A DNA stretch of 64,000 bases from Cetorhinus maximus (GCF_964194155.1 NC_135901.1:21948001-22012000), one strand, 5' to 3'; counted from the stretch's first letter, positions 11,858 through 23,874 are shown. The notes: generated by a model not told the origin, from the letters alone. Translations and numbers: made by a program.

Positions 11858-12077
11858 GGGTCAGAGTGGATCAGTTTTCTCTCATTTATCATTAATTGTT
11901 TAGAGGTGAAGAAGGAGCTTTTAAAGAGTGCAACAACATTGACTGTCACCCTGTTCGACATGAAACTAAACTCACATAGAAACTAGGAGTAGGCCATTCA
12001 GCCCTTCGAGCCCGCTCCGCCATTCATTATGATCATGGCTGATGTTAGTTCCTCATCAGTAACAATTGTAAACAAAG

Positions 12078-12149
12078 AGCTTTCAGCTGGGATTGAACCA
12101 GGGACTTTCTCATGTAAAGTAAATGTGATAATCACTGCACTGGGGAAAT
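12078..12149 (-). pseudogene. tRNA-Val-derived pseudogene (anticodon loop reads TAC)
   Basis: Reverse complement ATTTCCCCAGTGCAGTGATTATCACATTTACTTTACATGAGAAAGTCCCTGGTTCAATCCCAGCTGAAAGC aligns by eye to vertebrate tRNA-Val, with many CpG-type transitions. Confidence 0.75.
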
Positions 12150-12262
12150 GAACGTGAATCCCCCCAGACAGAGGAGAACTGACCATCCATCTCTAGCTCT
12201 AATTCACAAACAGAAAATGCTGCCAATGATCAGCAGCATTCTGAGCAGCAGGCTGAGTCTGT

Positions 12263-13094
12263 CATAAAATCAAAATACTGCAGATGCAGATACTTCTTCA
12301 CCCAGGGAGTGGTGAGAACGTCTAATGGTCTTATAGAAACCAGGGGCTCTCCTTGTTGTATAAAAGCAAAATACTGTGAATGGTGGAAATCTGAAACAAA
12401 AACAGAAAATGCTGGAAAAATTCAGCAGGTCTAACAACATCTGTGGACAGACAAACAGAGCTAACATTTTGAGTCCGTACGGCTCTTCTTCAGGTCTAAA
12501 GAAAAGTAAAAATGTGATGAAATTTATACTGTTTAAGGGGGTTGGAGCAGGTGAAGCTGGATAGAAGGCCAGCGATAGGTAGTTACAAAGGAGAGATTGA
12601 CAAAGATGTCATGAACAAAAAGACAAAGGGAGTGGTAATGGTAAGGGCGAACAAATGGTGCTGATCGTGGCATAAAGGTAAGAAAGCAGAATGTGATAAT
12701 GGCAAAACAAGGGTAGCATTGTGTGAAAGAACAACATGAACAAGTGACAGATGGCCCTGTAGGGGATGGTGGTGGGGGATAAAATAGAATCGAAATGGAA
12801 TAAAAAAAGGGGGGGATAAAAAAGGAGATAAAACAATGAATAAGTGAATAAAAATGAAAATAAATGGATTAAAAAAATGAATTTTGAAAAAAGCGATAAA
12901 AAAGGGGTGAGGAGAGAGTGCAAGGTCTGAAGTTGTTGAACTCAACGTTAAGACAGGAAGGCTGTAAAGTGCCCAATTGGAAGATGAGGTGCTGTTCCTG
13001 CAGAATCAAGCAGACTCGAAACGTTAACTCTGTTTCTCTCTCCACAGATGCTGTCAGACCTGCTGAGTTTTTCCAGCATTTTTTGCTTTTCTTT
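12263..13094. mobile_element. Composite Penelope insertion (minus-strand 3' end plus inverted short piece)
   Basis: Minus-strand pseudo-LTR at 12360-12998 and plus-strand hammerhead/tail piece at 13010-13094. Flanked by direct repeat CAGGCTGAGTCTGT (12249-12262, 13095-13108). Confidence 0.75.
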
Positions 13095-13118
13095 CAGGCT
13101 GAGTCTGTGGCCACTCTC

Positions 13119-13586
13119 CTCCATCCCCACCCCCTTTCCAATACGCCTTTTTCCAATAATTTATATATATTTTTCTTTTCCCACCTATTTCCATTATTTT
13201 AAAATGTATTTCCATCCATTGTTTTATCTCTACCTTTTAGCCTATTTCGATTCCCCCCCCCCCCCCCCCACCCCACTAGGGCTATCTGTCCGTTGCTCAT
13301 CCTGCTTTCTACCCTTAATGTCCCCATCAGCACATTTCTTTGCTAATATCACCACCGTCAACACCTCTTTGTTCTTTTGTCTAAGACATCTTTTGGTTGT
13401 CTCCACCTATCACTGGCCCTCTATCCAACTCTACCTGTCCCACCCCCTCCCCCCCACCTTAAATTTCACCTCTTTTCTATTTTTCCTTAGTTGTTGAAGA
13501 GTCATACGGACTCGAAACGTTAACTGTGTTCCTCTCCGCAGATGCTGTCAGACCTGCTGAGTTTTTCCAGCTATTTTTGTTTTTGT
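13119..13586 (+). mobile_element. Penelope pseudo-LTR insertion
   Basis: Matches the 3' region of other copies. Flanked by TCTGTGGCCACTCTC (13104-13118, 13587-13601). Confidence 0.85.
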
Positions 13587-13599
13587 TCTGTGGCCACTC

Positions 13600-14040
13600 T
13601 CACCATTTGAGACCGTCACAAAGCCCAGGTGATTGACAGCAGCCCCGGACCATTAGGAAGAGGGGGCGTGACTGGAGGTCCGAGTGGGAGCAGCTCGTCC
13701 TCCAACCAATTGGAGTGAATGAGGGGCGGGGCCGAACTGTGACTGAAGCATGCGCAGTGCGGGTAATGGCGATGGAAAGAGTCTTCTTTGTCGGATGTGC
13801 ATTGGTAAGGGGGTAAATGGCGGGGCGGAAGGAGCGATGGATCTGCAGGGTGGGGGGGGAGGCTTCATAAAGATATTCTGTAAATCGCAAACGCGGAAAA
13901 AGAACTGCCTGTTACGCCATTTGCACCTAGCAGGACTGCAGCCTCCACGAATCTGCCCGTGTTAACGGCCGCCATCTTCATTGGGGGCAATGTGGAGCAG
14001 GGCGCATGTCCGGCCGCCATTTTTGTAGGGGGCAATGTTT
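13600..14040 (+). promoter_or_regulatory. CpG-rich promoter/first exon of ZNF locus B
   Basis: CCAAT boxes, GC box ggggcgggg, NRF1-like gcatgcgca (~13748) and two YY1-type cggccgccat(c/t)tt (~13966, ~14011). Confidence 0.7.
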
Positions 14041-14990
14041 TTCATGACTGGGAAGAGTACAAAGTGGTGACAACTTGCCTATCAAGCTGCATTATCCTTT
14101 GAGTCTCAATGTCTTATTGATGAGGCAGAACAGCGGCAGAGAAGGAAAGTTAAGGAAGCAAATTCTGCTCTCCTGATCCTACTACACAGCGAGTAGTTAG
14201 GGTTTGGAATGCACTGCCTGCAAGTGTGGTGGAGGCATGTTCAATTGAGACATTCAAGAGGGCATTAGATGATTATTTAAATAGAAACAATGTGCATGGT
14301 TACGGGGAAAAGGCAGGAGATTGGCACTAAGTTAAAATGCTCAGCAAGCCGGTGCAGACACGATGGGCCTAATGGCCTCCTAAACCGTAACAATTCTGTA
14401 ATTCTGCGATTCTATTATACCTCATGGGACCTCCTGCCCCATGTGCCCAAAGATCTGTGGGTCTGTTCAGTCACATGGAGATCCATGGCAGAAACTCATA
14501 ACCCTGTGTGGACGTCATCCTCGAATTGAGGGACTCCTGATGACAACGACAGGGCAATGTGCAGCAGGGTGCATGCACGGTCATCCTGGGCTTGGAACCA
14601 GGAGGAGATAACTTTGTGAATTTCTACCCTGGACTGACAGGGATGGGTTTTTGAAACTCCTTTTACAGGGATTTAGAAGGGGGAGGATTTACACACAGCA
14701 AACTCAAACCAAGAGAAAAAGTTATCCCTACTGACTTTCTTTCCAAGACTGACAGCAATGGCTTTTGTAAACATCTTTTACAGGGTATAAGAAGAGTATT
14801 TGCAGACAGAAAACTCAAACCAAACATCACATCAAAATCTGGCAGAATCACTCGATTCATCAGGAACTGGATATAATTGGCCTTTGAGCATAAGCATTGA
14901 GTTCCAGATCACTACCACTCTTTGCATAAAATATTTTCCTCACATGTCTCCTGTAGATCTTGCCCAAAATCTTGAATCTGTGTCCTGTGA

Positions 14991-15297
14991 TCAAAAGATG
15001 TCACAGATAAAGGAACAAAGGGGTTTTGATTATCTGCTCCTATCACTGCTTGCTTGTCCCTTATACCAGCCCCCCCCCCCCCCTGCCCAACTTCTCTCCC
15101 CACCCCCCCACAACCTTAAACCAGCTTATATTTCACCCCTCTCCTAACTTTACTCAGTTCTGCCGAAGGGTCATGAGGACTCGAAACATCAACTCTTTTC
15201 TTCTCCGCCGATGCTGCCAGACCTGCTGAGTTTTTCCAGGTAATTCTGTTTTTGTTTTGGATTTCCAGCATCCACAGTAGTTTTTTGTTTTTATCTC
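14991..15297 (+). mobile_element. Penelope pseudo-LTR fragment in intron of ZNF B
   Basis: Short inverted piece at 14991-15020, then a sense tail with the hammerhead motif. Confidence 0.8.
15156..15194 (+). ncRNA. Minimal hammerhead ribozyme-like motif
   Basis: AGUU CUGCCGA AGGGUC AUGAG GACUC GAAA CAUC AACU. Confidence 0.65.
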
Positions 15298-16034
15298 AGT
15301 GTTGGTGATGATGCTGATACGTGGTTGGAAGCTCAATTTGGGGTGAAATATTTTGCCATGGTTGTGAACAGTCTGGGTCAGCCTCAGACTGTTGCCAGGG
15401 AGAGGGATAGAGTCAGTGGCGAGGGAGTGAAGTTTGCAGCAGGGATTGAAGGGAATGGCTTCAGCCTCCCAGTATTTAAATGGAGGAAATTTCTGCTCAT
15501 CCAGTACTGGATGCCAGACAAGTCAGTATGGTGTGCGACTTGGAGGTGATGTTCACATACACCTGTTACCCTGGCCATTCTAGATGGAGGAGGATGAGAG
15601 TTTTGGAGGTCCTGTCAAATTTCTGGTTGAGTTGTAGATAAATAAATCCCTCCCCCTCATCCCTTGCCTCTCCCACCCCCTTGTCTCTCTTTCTCTTTTC
15701 CCACAGTGTTCTGAGTCTTGTATAGGCCCAGACTAGGAGGCAGGTTCCCTTCCCTGAAGGACATCAGTGAACCAGTTGGGTTTTTATGACAATCCAGCAG
15801 CTTTAATAGTGACTTTTTCCTAGTGCCAGCCCCACAAATTACCAGATTCATTCATCTCAATTTCACAACCTGCCTTTTGTGGGTTCTCTCTCACCCCCTG
15901 TTTTTCTGTTTTATATCAATTTCACAGGGTATTAGAGCGGGAGGATATGCAATTGGGAAACTCAAACCCAACATCACATCAGAATCTGACAGTCACCCAA
16001 TTTATCACAACCTGAATATCATTCGAAGTTAAAC

Positions 16035-17324
16035 ATGGAAGGAAAAAGCACTGTTCACAGTGAAGAGAAACCATATAGGTGTTGTGTGTGTGGACAAGGC
16101 TTCAGCCGATCATCTGGCCTGTCGAGGCACAAGCACAGTCACAACAGGGAGAAACCATGGAAATGTGGCGACTGTGGGAAGGCGTTCAGTTACCCGTCTG
16201 ACCTGGAAACTCATCGGCGCAGTCACACTGGGGAGAAGCCATTCACCTGCCCTGAATGTGGGAAGGGATTCACTCAGTCATCCAGCCTGCTGAAACACCA
16301 GCGAGATCACAATGGGGAGAGACCGTTCACCTGCTCCGAATGTGGGAAAGGATTCACTCAGTTATCACATCTGTTAGGGCACCAACGTGCTCACACTGGG
16401 GAGAGGCCATTCACCTGCTCAGAGTGTGGGAAGGGATTCGCTCAGTCATTCCATCTGCTGACACATCAGCGAGTTCACACTGATGAGAGACCTTTTAAAT
16501 GCCTGGCTTGTGGGAAATGCTTTAAAAGTTCTGGGGAATTAGTGTACCATCAACGTGTTCACACTGGGGAGAGACCTTTTAAATGCTCAGACTGTGGGAA
16601 GTGCTTTAAAAGTTCTGGGGACCTGATGTCCCATCAACGTGTTCACACTGACGAGAGACCATTCAGGTGCTCTCACTGCGGGTCTGGATTCAGGCAATCA
16701 TCTCAACTCACTGTACACCAGCGAGTTCACACTGGAGAGAGACCATTCACCTGCTCCGAGTGTGGGAAGGGATTCACTCAGTTATCGCACCTGATGGCAC
16801 ACCAGCGAATTCACACTGGGGAAAGGCCATTTATCTGCTCCGAGTGTGGGAGTGGATTCACTCAGTTATCTGAACTGCTGAAACATCAGCGAGTTCACAC
16901 AGGGGAGAGACCATTCATCTGTTCTGAGTGTGGGAAAGGATTCACTCAATCATCCAATCTACTGAGGCACCAGCGAGTTCACACAGACGAGAGACCTTTT
17001 AAATGCCCAGACTGTGGGAAGTGTTTTAAAAGTTCTGGGGAACTGATTTCCCATCAACGTGTTCACATGGACAAGAGACCTTTTAGATGCCCAGACTGCA
17101 GGAAGTCATTTAAAAGTTCTGGGGAGCTGGTGTCCCATCAACGTGTTCACACTGACGAGAGACCGTTCAGGTGCTCTCACTGCGGGACTGGGTTCAGGCG
17201 ATCAACTCAACTCACTGTACACCAGCGAATTCACACCGGAGAGAGACCATTTACCTGCTCCGAGTGTGGGAAGGGATTCACTCACTCAGGCAACCTGCTG
17301 AGACACCAGCAAGATCACAAGTAA
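16035..17324 (+). CDS. C2H2 zinc-finger protein B, 15 tandem fingers, no effector domain seen
   Basis: Intact 429-aa ORF of CxxC-x12-HxxxH units with TGERPF linkers. Acceptor tttcacag at 15927, in-frame TGA at 15987 upstream of the ATG, and AATAAA at 17401 and ~17449. Confidence 0.92.
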   Translation: MEGKSTVHSEEKPYRCCVCGQGFSRSSGLSRHKHSHNREKPWKCGDCGKAFSYPSDLETHRRSHTGEKPFTCPECGKGFTQSSSLLKHQRDHNGERPFTCSECGKGFTQLSHLLGHQRAHTGERPFTCSECGKGFAQSFHLLTHQRVHTDERPFKCLACGKCFKSSGELVYHQRVHTGERPFKCSDCGKCFKSSGDLMSHQRVHTDERPFRCSHCGSGFRQSSQLTVHQRVHTGERPFTCSECGKGFTQLSHLMAHQRIHTGERPFICSECGSGFTQLSELLKHQRVHTGERPFICSECGKGFTQSSNLLRHQRVHTDERPFKCPDCGKCFKSSGELISHQRVHMDKRPFRCPDCRKSFKSSGELVSHQRVHTDERPFRCSHCGTGFRRSTQLTVHQRIHTGERPFTCSECGKGFTHSGNLLRHQQDHK

Positions 17325-17539
17325 CTACAGTGATTGGAGTTTGGTGTTAATCACATTCAGGACTGAATCATGTTCACTGGGGTAAGATTCTGCTGATGTT
17401 AATAAACTCCAGCTGTGTTATAGGGGCTAATATTCTGGATAAAAGTCTAATAAATCAGCTTTGTGCTCAACACACAACTGTCAGGTCTTTTTAATATCTC
17501 TAACGCAGGTTAATTCATTTTGAAGGGCTCTCCCTCTCC

Positions 17540-18320
17540 CGTCTCCTCCATCCTCACCTTCAATAACAAGTGTGAGGAGTTCATGGCGCTTCATTGTCAC
17601 TAAGACTGAGACAATCCAATCAGCTGCCTCTGCTGCTTCCTCCCTTCCACTAGCCCACCGAGACAACCTGCCTCTAAAGTTCCTTCTTGTCGGAGACCTG
17701 AACTCCTATCTCTTGTTATGACCCTGTCAGAGCTCATTTTGTCCTTGAGACTTGCCTTCTGCTCCCTGACCCTGTTCTCATTAAACTGCTGACCATTTAA
17801 CTTCCCCATGTTAGTTGATACTGTTAACAGTTCTCTCTCTTTTTTGGTACTGTCCCTTCCACCTTTAAGTTCACCATCATCATGCATCCTGAAAAAAAAA
17901 TGACCCCAATGTCCTCTCAAACTACTGCCCCATCTCCAACCTCCCTTTCCTCTCCAAAGTCCTTGAACTTGGTGTCCCCCAAGGATCCTTGGTCCCTCCT
18001 ATTTCTCACCTACATGCTGCCACTAGGTGACATCATCCAAAAGCACCGCATTAGTTTTCACATGTACACTGACAACGCCCAGCTCTACCTCACCAACATC
18101 CCTCTCCATTCCTCCACTGTTACTAAATTATCAAACTGCTTATCCGACATCCAGTACTGGATGAGCAGAAATTTCTTCCAATTAAAAATTGGGAAGACCA
18201 AAGTCATTGCCTTCAGTCACCACTACAAATTCCGTTCCCTAACTACCGAGTCCATCCCTCTCCCTGGGAACTGTCTGAGGCTGAACCACGCTCTTCACAA
18301 TCTTGGTGTCAGATTTGACC
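17540..18320 (+). mobile_element. L2-like LINE remnant
   Basis: ORF 17882: LLFLTYMLPLGDIIQKHRISFHMYTDNAQLYL...CLSDIQYWMSRNFFQLKIGKT, a degenerate L2 RT. Confidence 0.8.
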
Positions 18321-19109
18321 TCTCTATCGAAATCTTTCACAATTTTAAAGATCTCTATTAGGACATCCTTCAACCTTTTTTCCAGGAGTGAAGAGACCCG
18401 ATTTGTCAATCCTTTTCTCATATGTATTTCAGTTATCATCCTCGTAAATCTTCTCTGCTCCCTATCCAGAGTCTCTCTATCTTTTTTACAAAATGGTGAC
18501 CAGAGCTGTACTCATTATTCTCAGTGTGGTCTAACCAAAGTTCTAGACAGCTTTCGCAGAACTTCCCCACTTTCCAATTCCATTCCTCGTGAAATAAAAC
18601 CTAGTGCTCGATTTGCCCTTTTTATGACCTTGCTCTGATTGCTGTATTTATACTCGGAGATCTCTTTGTTCCTCTAACCCACCCAGACTCACACCTTCCA
18701 AGTAATAAATGACCTCCTTATTCTTCTGACCAAAATCTGCTACCTCACATTTATCTGTGTTCAACTTCATTTGCCCCTTCTCCCCACCTCTGATCTAACA
18801 AGCTGCAGCTACACTGGAGATATTTATATTTAACTTGTTCACTATATTCATGATGACTCTGCTCAAACCGTAACCACAAGGATATCTGTGCATTGTTCTG
18901 AGTGTGAGTACAAGGCTGTGTCACTATCACACACAGATACCGTTTCCTTGGTTCACATCTCCAGACAAAGACCAGCTCTTTACACATCCCCTTTCTACAC
19001 AATTGCAGCAGACATGAGCAAGGATGTGAGGCTCATTAATATACGCCCACATTTCATAACAGCAAAGGTTCCACTGGGACAAAGGTTCAAGCATTTTCCA
19101 TTACAGGCA

Positions 19110-19582
19110 AAACACAGAGAAAAGAAAGACTTGCATTTATATAGCACCTTTCACCATCTCAGCGTGTCCCAAAGTACTTTACATCAGGGAAGTCCTTTTG
19201 AAGCACAGTCACTGTTGTAATTTAGAAAACACATCACAATCAATTTGCACACAGCAAGCTCCCACACACCAACATGATAATGACCAAATCATCTGTGTTT
19301 GTCACATTGGCTGAGAGATGAATATTGGCTGGGACATAAGGAATAACTTCCCTGATCTTCTTCAAAATAGAGGCCAGTGTATCTTTTACATCCACCCAAG
19401 CAGCCAGGTGGGGCCTTGGTGTAATATTCTCAGTCGAAAGACAGCATCTCTGACAGTGAGGCACTCCCTCAGTACTGCACTGGAGAGTCAACCTCAGTTT
19501 TTGTGCTGAGTGACTGAAGTGGAACTTGACCCCACAACCCTAGTTGAGGTGAGAGTGTTACCCACTGAGCCACGGCTGACCC
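19110..19582 (-). mobile_element. tRNA-derived Deu-core SINE (SacSINE1/AmnSINE1-like)
   Basis: Reverse complement begins gggtcagccgtggctcagtgg (A box). Contains the ctccagtgcagtactgagggagtg...gtggatgtaaaagat core and an L2-type tail ending tatataaatgcaag. Confidence 0.7.
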
Positions 19583-19912
19583 AGCAATACAGCTGCACAC
19601 TGGCACCTTAACATTGTCTCATCAGCTGCAGTGTTTCATTAAATACATTTACTGAGTAGATTTCAATTTAAGCCAGGTTTGCAGACGTGATGTTCCATTC
19701 ACACATCGAAGGTGAGAGAGATGCTGTGGGACACACATCAAGTTCAGGTGCTGAAAGTCATTAACAGGCAGAGTTTTGTATTTAGTGATCCTGAGTGCCT
19801 TACAGATGCCTTCCCTGGATCCCAAGGCTAAGAAAGACACTCTGGAAGGTATGGGGAGCTGGGACTTTTCCATGAGAGTAACTGAAGGTATGAGAACTGT
19901 AATAATTTAGAG

Positions 19913-21676
19913 TCAGAAAGAAGAAAAGGTGCAGTCCCGGACGTAATTCTCAACAGCAAAAACAAGAAAATCCAACTTTGCCGGTGACCTGTGAACTTGC
20001 TGGTGTCTCAGCAGGTGGTGTGAACAAGTAAATCCCTTCCCACACTCGGAGCAGGTGAACGGCTTCTCCCCAGTGTGAATTCGCTGGTGTGTCTGCAGGG
20101 TGCCTGAGTGAGCAAATCCCTTCCCACAATCGGAGCAGGTGAATGGCCTCTCCCCAGTGTGAATTCGCTGGTGTAAAGTGAGTTGAGATGATTTCCTGAA
20201 CCCAGTCCTGCAGTGAGAGCATCTGAACGGTCTTTTCTCAGTGTGATCGCGTTGATGGTGCATCAGTTCTCCAGAAGTTTTATAGCACTTCCCGCAGTCA
20301 GAGCATTTAAAAGATCTCTCTTCAGTATGAATGCACTGGTGTCTCAGCAGGTGGGATGACTGAGTGAATCTCTTCCCACACTCGGAGCAGAGGAACGTCC
20401 TCTCCCCACTGTGAACTCGTCGGTGTCTCAGCAGGTTGGCTAACAGAGTGAATCCCTTCCCACACTCAGAGCAGGTGAATGGCCTCTCACCAGTGTGAGT
20501 GCATTGGTGTCTCACTAGATCAGATGACCGAGTGAATCTCTTCCCACACTCGGCGCAGAGGAGTGACCTCTCCCCAGAGTGAGTACACTGGTGTTTCGCC
20601 AGATCAGATGAATGCGCAAATGTCTTCCCACAGTCGGAGCAGAGGAATGGCCTCTCCCCAGTGTGAATATGCTGGTGTCTCAGCAGGTCATTGCTTCTTG
20701 TAAAGGTCTTCTCACATTCAAACCATTTAAAAGTTCTCTTATCAGAGTGAACACGTTGGTGTTCAGTGTATTGGGTGGATTCAGAAACTCTCTTGTGATA
20801 TATGGAGTAGGTGAACGGCCTCTCCCCAGTGTGACCTCGCTGGTGTCTCACCAGGTGGGATGACCGTGTGAATCCCTGCCCGCACTCAGAGCAGGTGAAC
20901 GGTCTCTCCCCTGTGTGAATTCGCTGGTGTGTCAGAAGGTGGAATGATCGAGTAAATGTCTTCCCACACTCGGAGCAGGTGAAGGGTCTCTCCCCAGTAT
21001 GAACACCCTCGTGCTTCAGAAGGTGGACTGAATGGGTGAAGCTCTTCCCACACACGGAGCAAGTGAATGGCCTCTCGCTGGTGTGAGTGCGCTGGTGTCT
21101 CAGCAGTTCACTGTGTCTTTTAAAGGTCTTCTTGCAATCAGAGCATTTAAAAGGCTTCTTATCGGAGTGAACAAGCTGGTGCTCAGTGTAGTGGGAGGAC
21201 TGAGCGAATCTCTTCCCCCACTGGCAGCAGCTGAACGGCCTGTCTTTGGTTTGAACTCACTGGTGCTCATTGGGTTGCACTGACTCACTGAACGACTCCC
21301 CACAGTGGGAGCAGCTGAACGGCCTCTCATGCGTGTGAAGGAGCTGGTGCTCCGTGAGGCGGGAGGACAGCCTGAACCTCTGCCCACAGTGGAAGCAGCT
21401 GAACGGCCTCTCGTCAGTGGGAACTCGCTGGCGTTGGACCAGTTCCTTAGAGGTTTTAAAGCTTTTCCCAGGGTCAGAGCATTGAAGAGGCTCTTCATCA
21501 ATGTGATTGAGCTGGTGTGCCAGCAGGTTGGATGAACACATGAATTTCTTCCCACACATGGAGCAGGTGAATGGCCTCTCACTATTGTGAGCTCGCTGTC
21601 GTGTCAGCATGTTTACCAGCTTTATCAATCCCTTCCAACAGGAGGAACAAGTGAATGGCCTTTCAACAGTTTCCAA
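19913..21676 (-). pseudogene. C2H2 zinc-finger locus C: ~587-codon frame with a single internal TGA
   Basis: ORFs 21257-21676 and 19913-21055 are in the same frame. Reading between them shows only HQ-TGA-VQ at 21257-21259 (CGA>TGA). About 20 fingers, several degenerate. Confidence 0.85.
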
Positions 21677-22089
21677 CTGAGACAGTCGATTAAATCCCTT
21701 CGGACGTACAAATCTTCAGATCCCGATGAATTGAGTGGCTGTCAGATTTTGACGTGAAATTTGGTTTATTTTTTCTGACTGCAAATCCTCCTCTTCTTTT
21801 TCTCAACCACTTCCCGTAGGAGCGAGTTCCATATTCTAGCAACAGAAATGTCCTGTTGTCCTCTTGGATTTAATACTATCAACAAGTGTAAACATTCTGC
21901 CCACATCATTCTGTCCAACCTAATCAGAATTTTAAAAACCTATGTCAGAAGAGACAAACATTTCTCTAGGTTTGAGTTTGCTGTGTGTAAATCCTCCCCT
22001 TCTCACCCCCGATCAGAAGAGTTTCCAAAATCCATCCCTGTCAGTCCAGGATAGAAATTCACAATATGCTCTCCTCCTGCTGACAGAGA

Positions 22090-22500
22090 CAGGGCTGACC
22101 GCGCATGCGCCCTGCTGCACTTTGCCCCGGTCAAGATGGCGGCCGTTAACTCCACGTGTGACTCAGAAACGCGGCCCGCAGCTGCTGCCCCGTTCGCTGC
22201 GACTGCGGGAGCACCTGTTCCTTATTCGGGCGTTGAAGCCGCCAGTGGATCCTCATAAAGCCTCCCGACTTACTCTGCCGCCTTACATCCTCCTCATCTA
22301 CCGGCTTCATTCACTCGCCAGGACCCGACATTTCTGAACGACTTCGACCAGCTCCGGGTGCAGCCTCTACTGCGCATGCTCTACTCAGCGCCCGCAAAGC
22401 GCATGCTCGAGTCACACCCGGTAACGCGCCTGCGCAAGACGCTTCTGCAGCGAGGATAGGGCACATTCTGTCCCGCTGCGAATGCTGGGTAAGAACCCAG
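22090..22500 (-). promoter_or_regulatory. CpG-rich promoter of ZNF locus C
   Basis: Several GCGCATGCGC-like NRF1 motifs (22101, ~22371, ~22399, ~22425) and YY1 motif caagatggcggccg (~22132). Confidence 0.72.
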
Positions 22501-23874
22501 CCATTAAAAGACGATATAATTGAATAGAGGATTATGTTTTGTGATCGATTGGAGTCATCGAGCCAAGATATAGTATTATTACATCAATTGATACAGCAAC
22601 CAAAGTTCACGGGTCCTCCAACATAGTTCCATCCTGGGTGTAATTAACAGTTAGATGCAAACTGGGTGTCAATGGTATTGTAGCTGTCCAGAGACCCAGG
22701 GAAATGCTCTCGTGAGCCGGGTTCAAATCCTGCCATGGCAGATGGAATTTGAATTTAATACACTGAAAACTCTCAATCCTTCTCCACCGTTACCTTGTAC
22801 AAACATTTCATTGAACACACAGTCACACAAGAAAACAATTAGCATTTTGAAGCATTGAAACAATGAAAACATAGAAATATCTTCACAACCATCTTGTTCA
22901 TGGTTCGTATTAATATTTTAGAGGTAATTTTAAGGTAATAACCTTACTCTTAATTATAAGAGTAAGGTTATAAAAATTCTGGACTTTAGAAATTTCCAGA
23001 ACAACTCAAGAAATAGCAGTTTAAAGGGTGGCTTGTGTTTGTTTAATATGGTCAGAATAGAAGAGAGAGAGAGAGGGAGATCTATAAAATAGCAGGGGAG
23101 CTCATTAGCTAGAAATCTGGAGACAGAGTGTGTGAGCTGTAATGTCCTGTCTTTGTTAAAGAGGCGAATTATTTAAGCAGACTTCAGGGTTAAGAGGTTT
23201 GGTTGATTAATGTAAGTATCTATTTGTACATAGGCTCTTTTTTCAAGTGTCAACGTGCATTGTACATTAGGCCAAACCTAGAAACTTGTCTTGTATAACC
23301 CATCTGGTTCTCTAGGGGAGGAAATCTTTTGTCCTTATCTGCTCTGACCTACATGTGACTCCCGGCCCACAGGATGTGGTTGACTTTTAACTGCCTTCTA
23401 AAATTGCCGATCAAGCCACTAATTTCAATGGAAATTAGGTTTTGGTCATAACTGCTGGTCTTGACAGTGACCCCACATCCCATCAAAGAATGTTAAAAAT
23501 GAGCAATTAGCATTTTGTTCCATTTGTTTTCAAACAGGCTGACAGTAACTGTTGCCTCATTCTTTAATAGCTCCTTCTTTAACTTCTTTAAACAGGTCAC
23601 ATTAAGTGAGAGAAAACTGATCCACAGTGACCCAAAAACAAAATACTGCAGATGCTGCAAATCTGAACTCAAATCAGATATTGTTGGAAACACTCAGCAG
23701 GTCAAACAACTTCTATGGAGAGGGCAACAACATCAATGTTTAAGGTAGGTGAACCTTTATCAAAACTTGAAGAATTAAGAGGTGTAATAGTTCACAAACA
23801 AGTACAGAGTCAGGGAAAAGAGAGGGGAAGAGGAGGAAAGAACATTGTTGATGGAAGCCGGGGTGATTAAAGTG

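Noticed and set aside
14040-15927. KRAB, SCAN or BTB exon upstream of ZNF B
   Set aside because: No recognisable motif in the ORF track or by reading. The region is explained by repeats and leader modules. A short divergent exon cannot be excluded.
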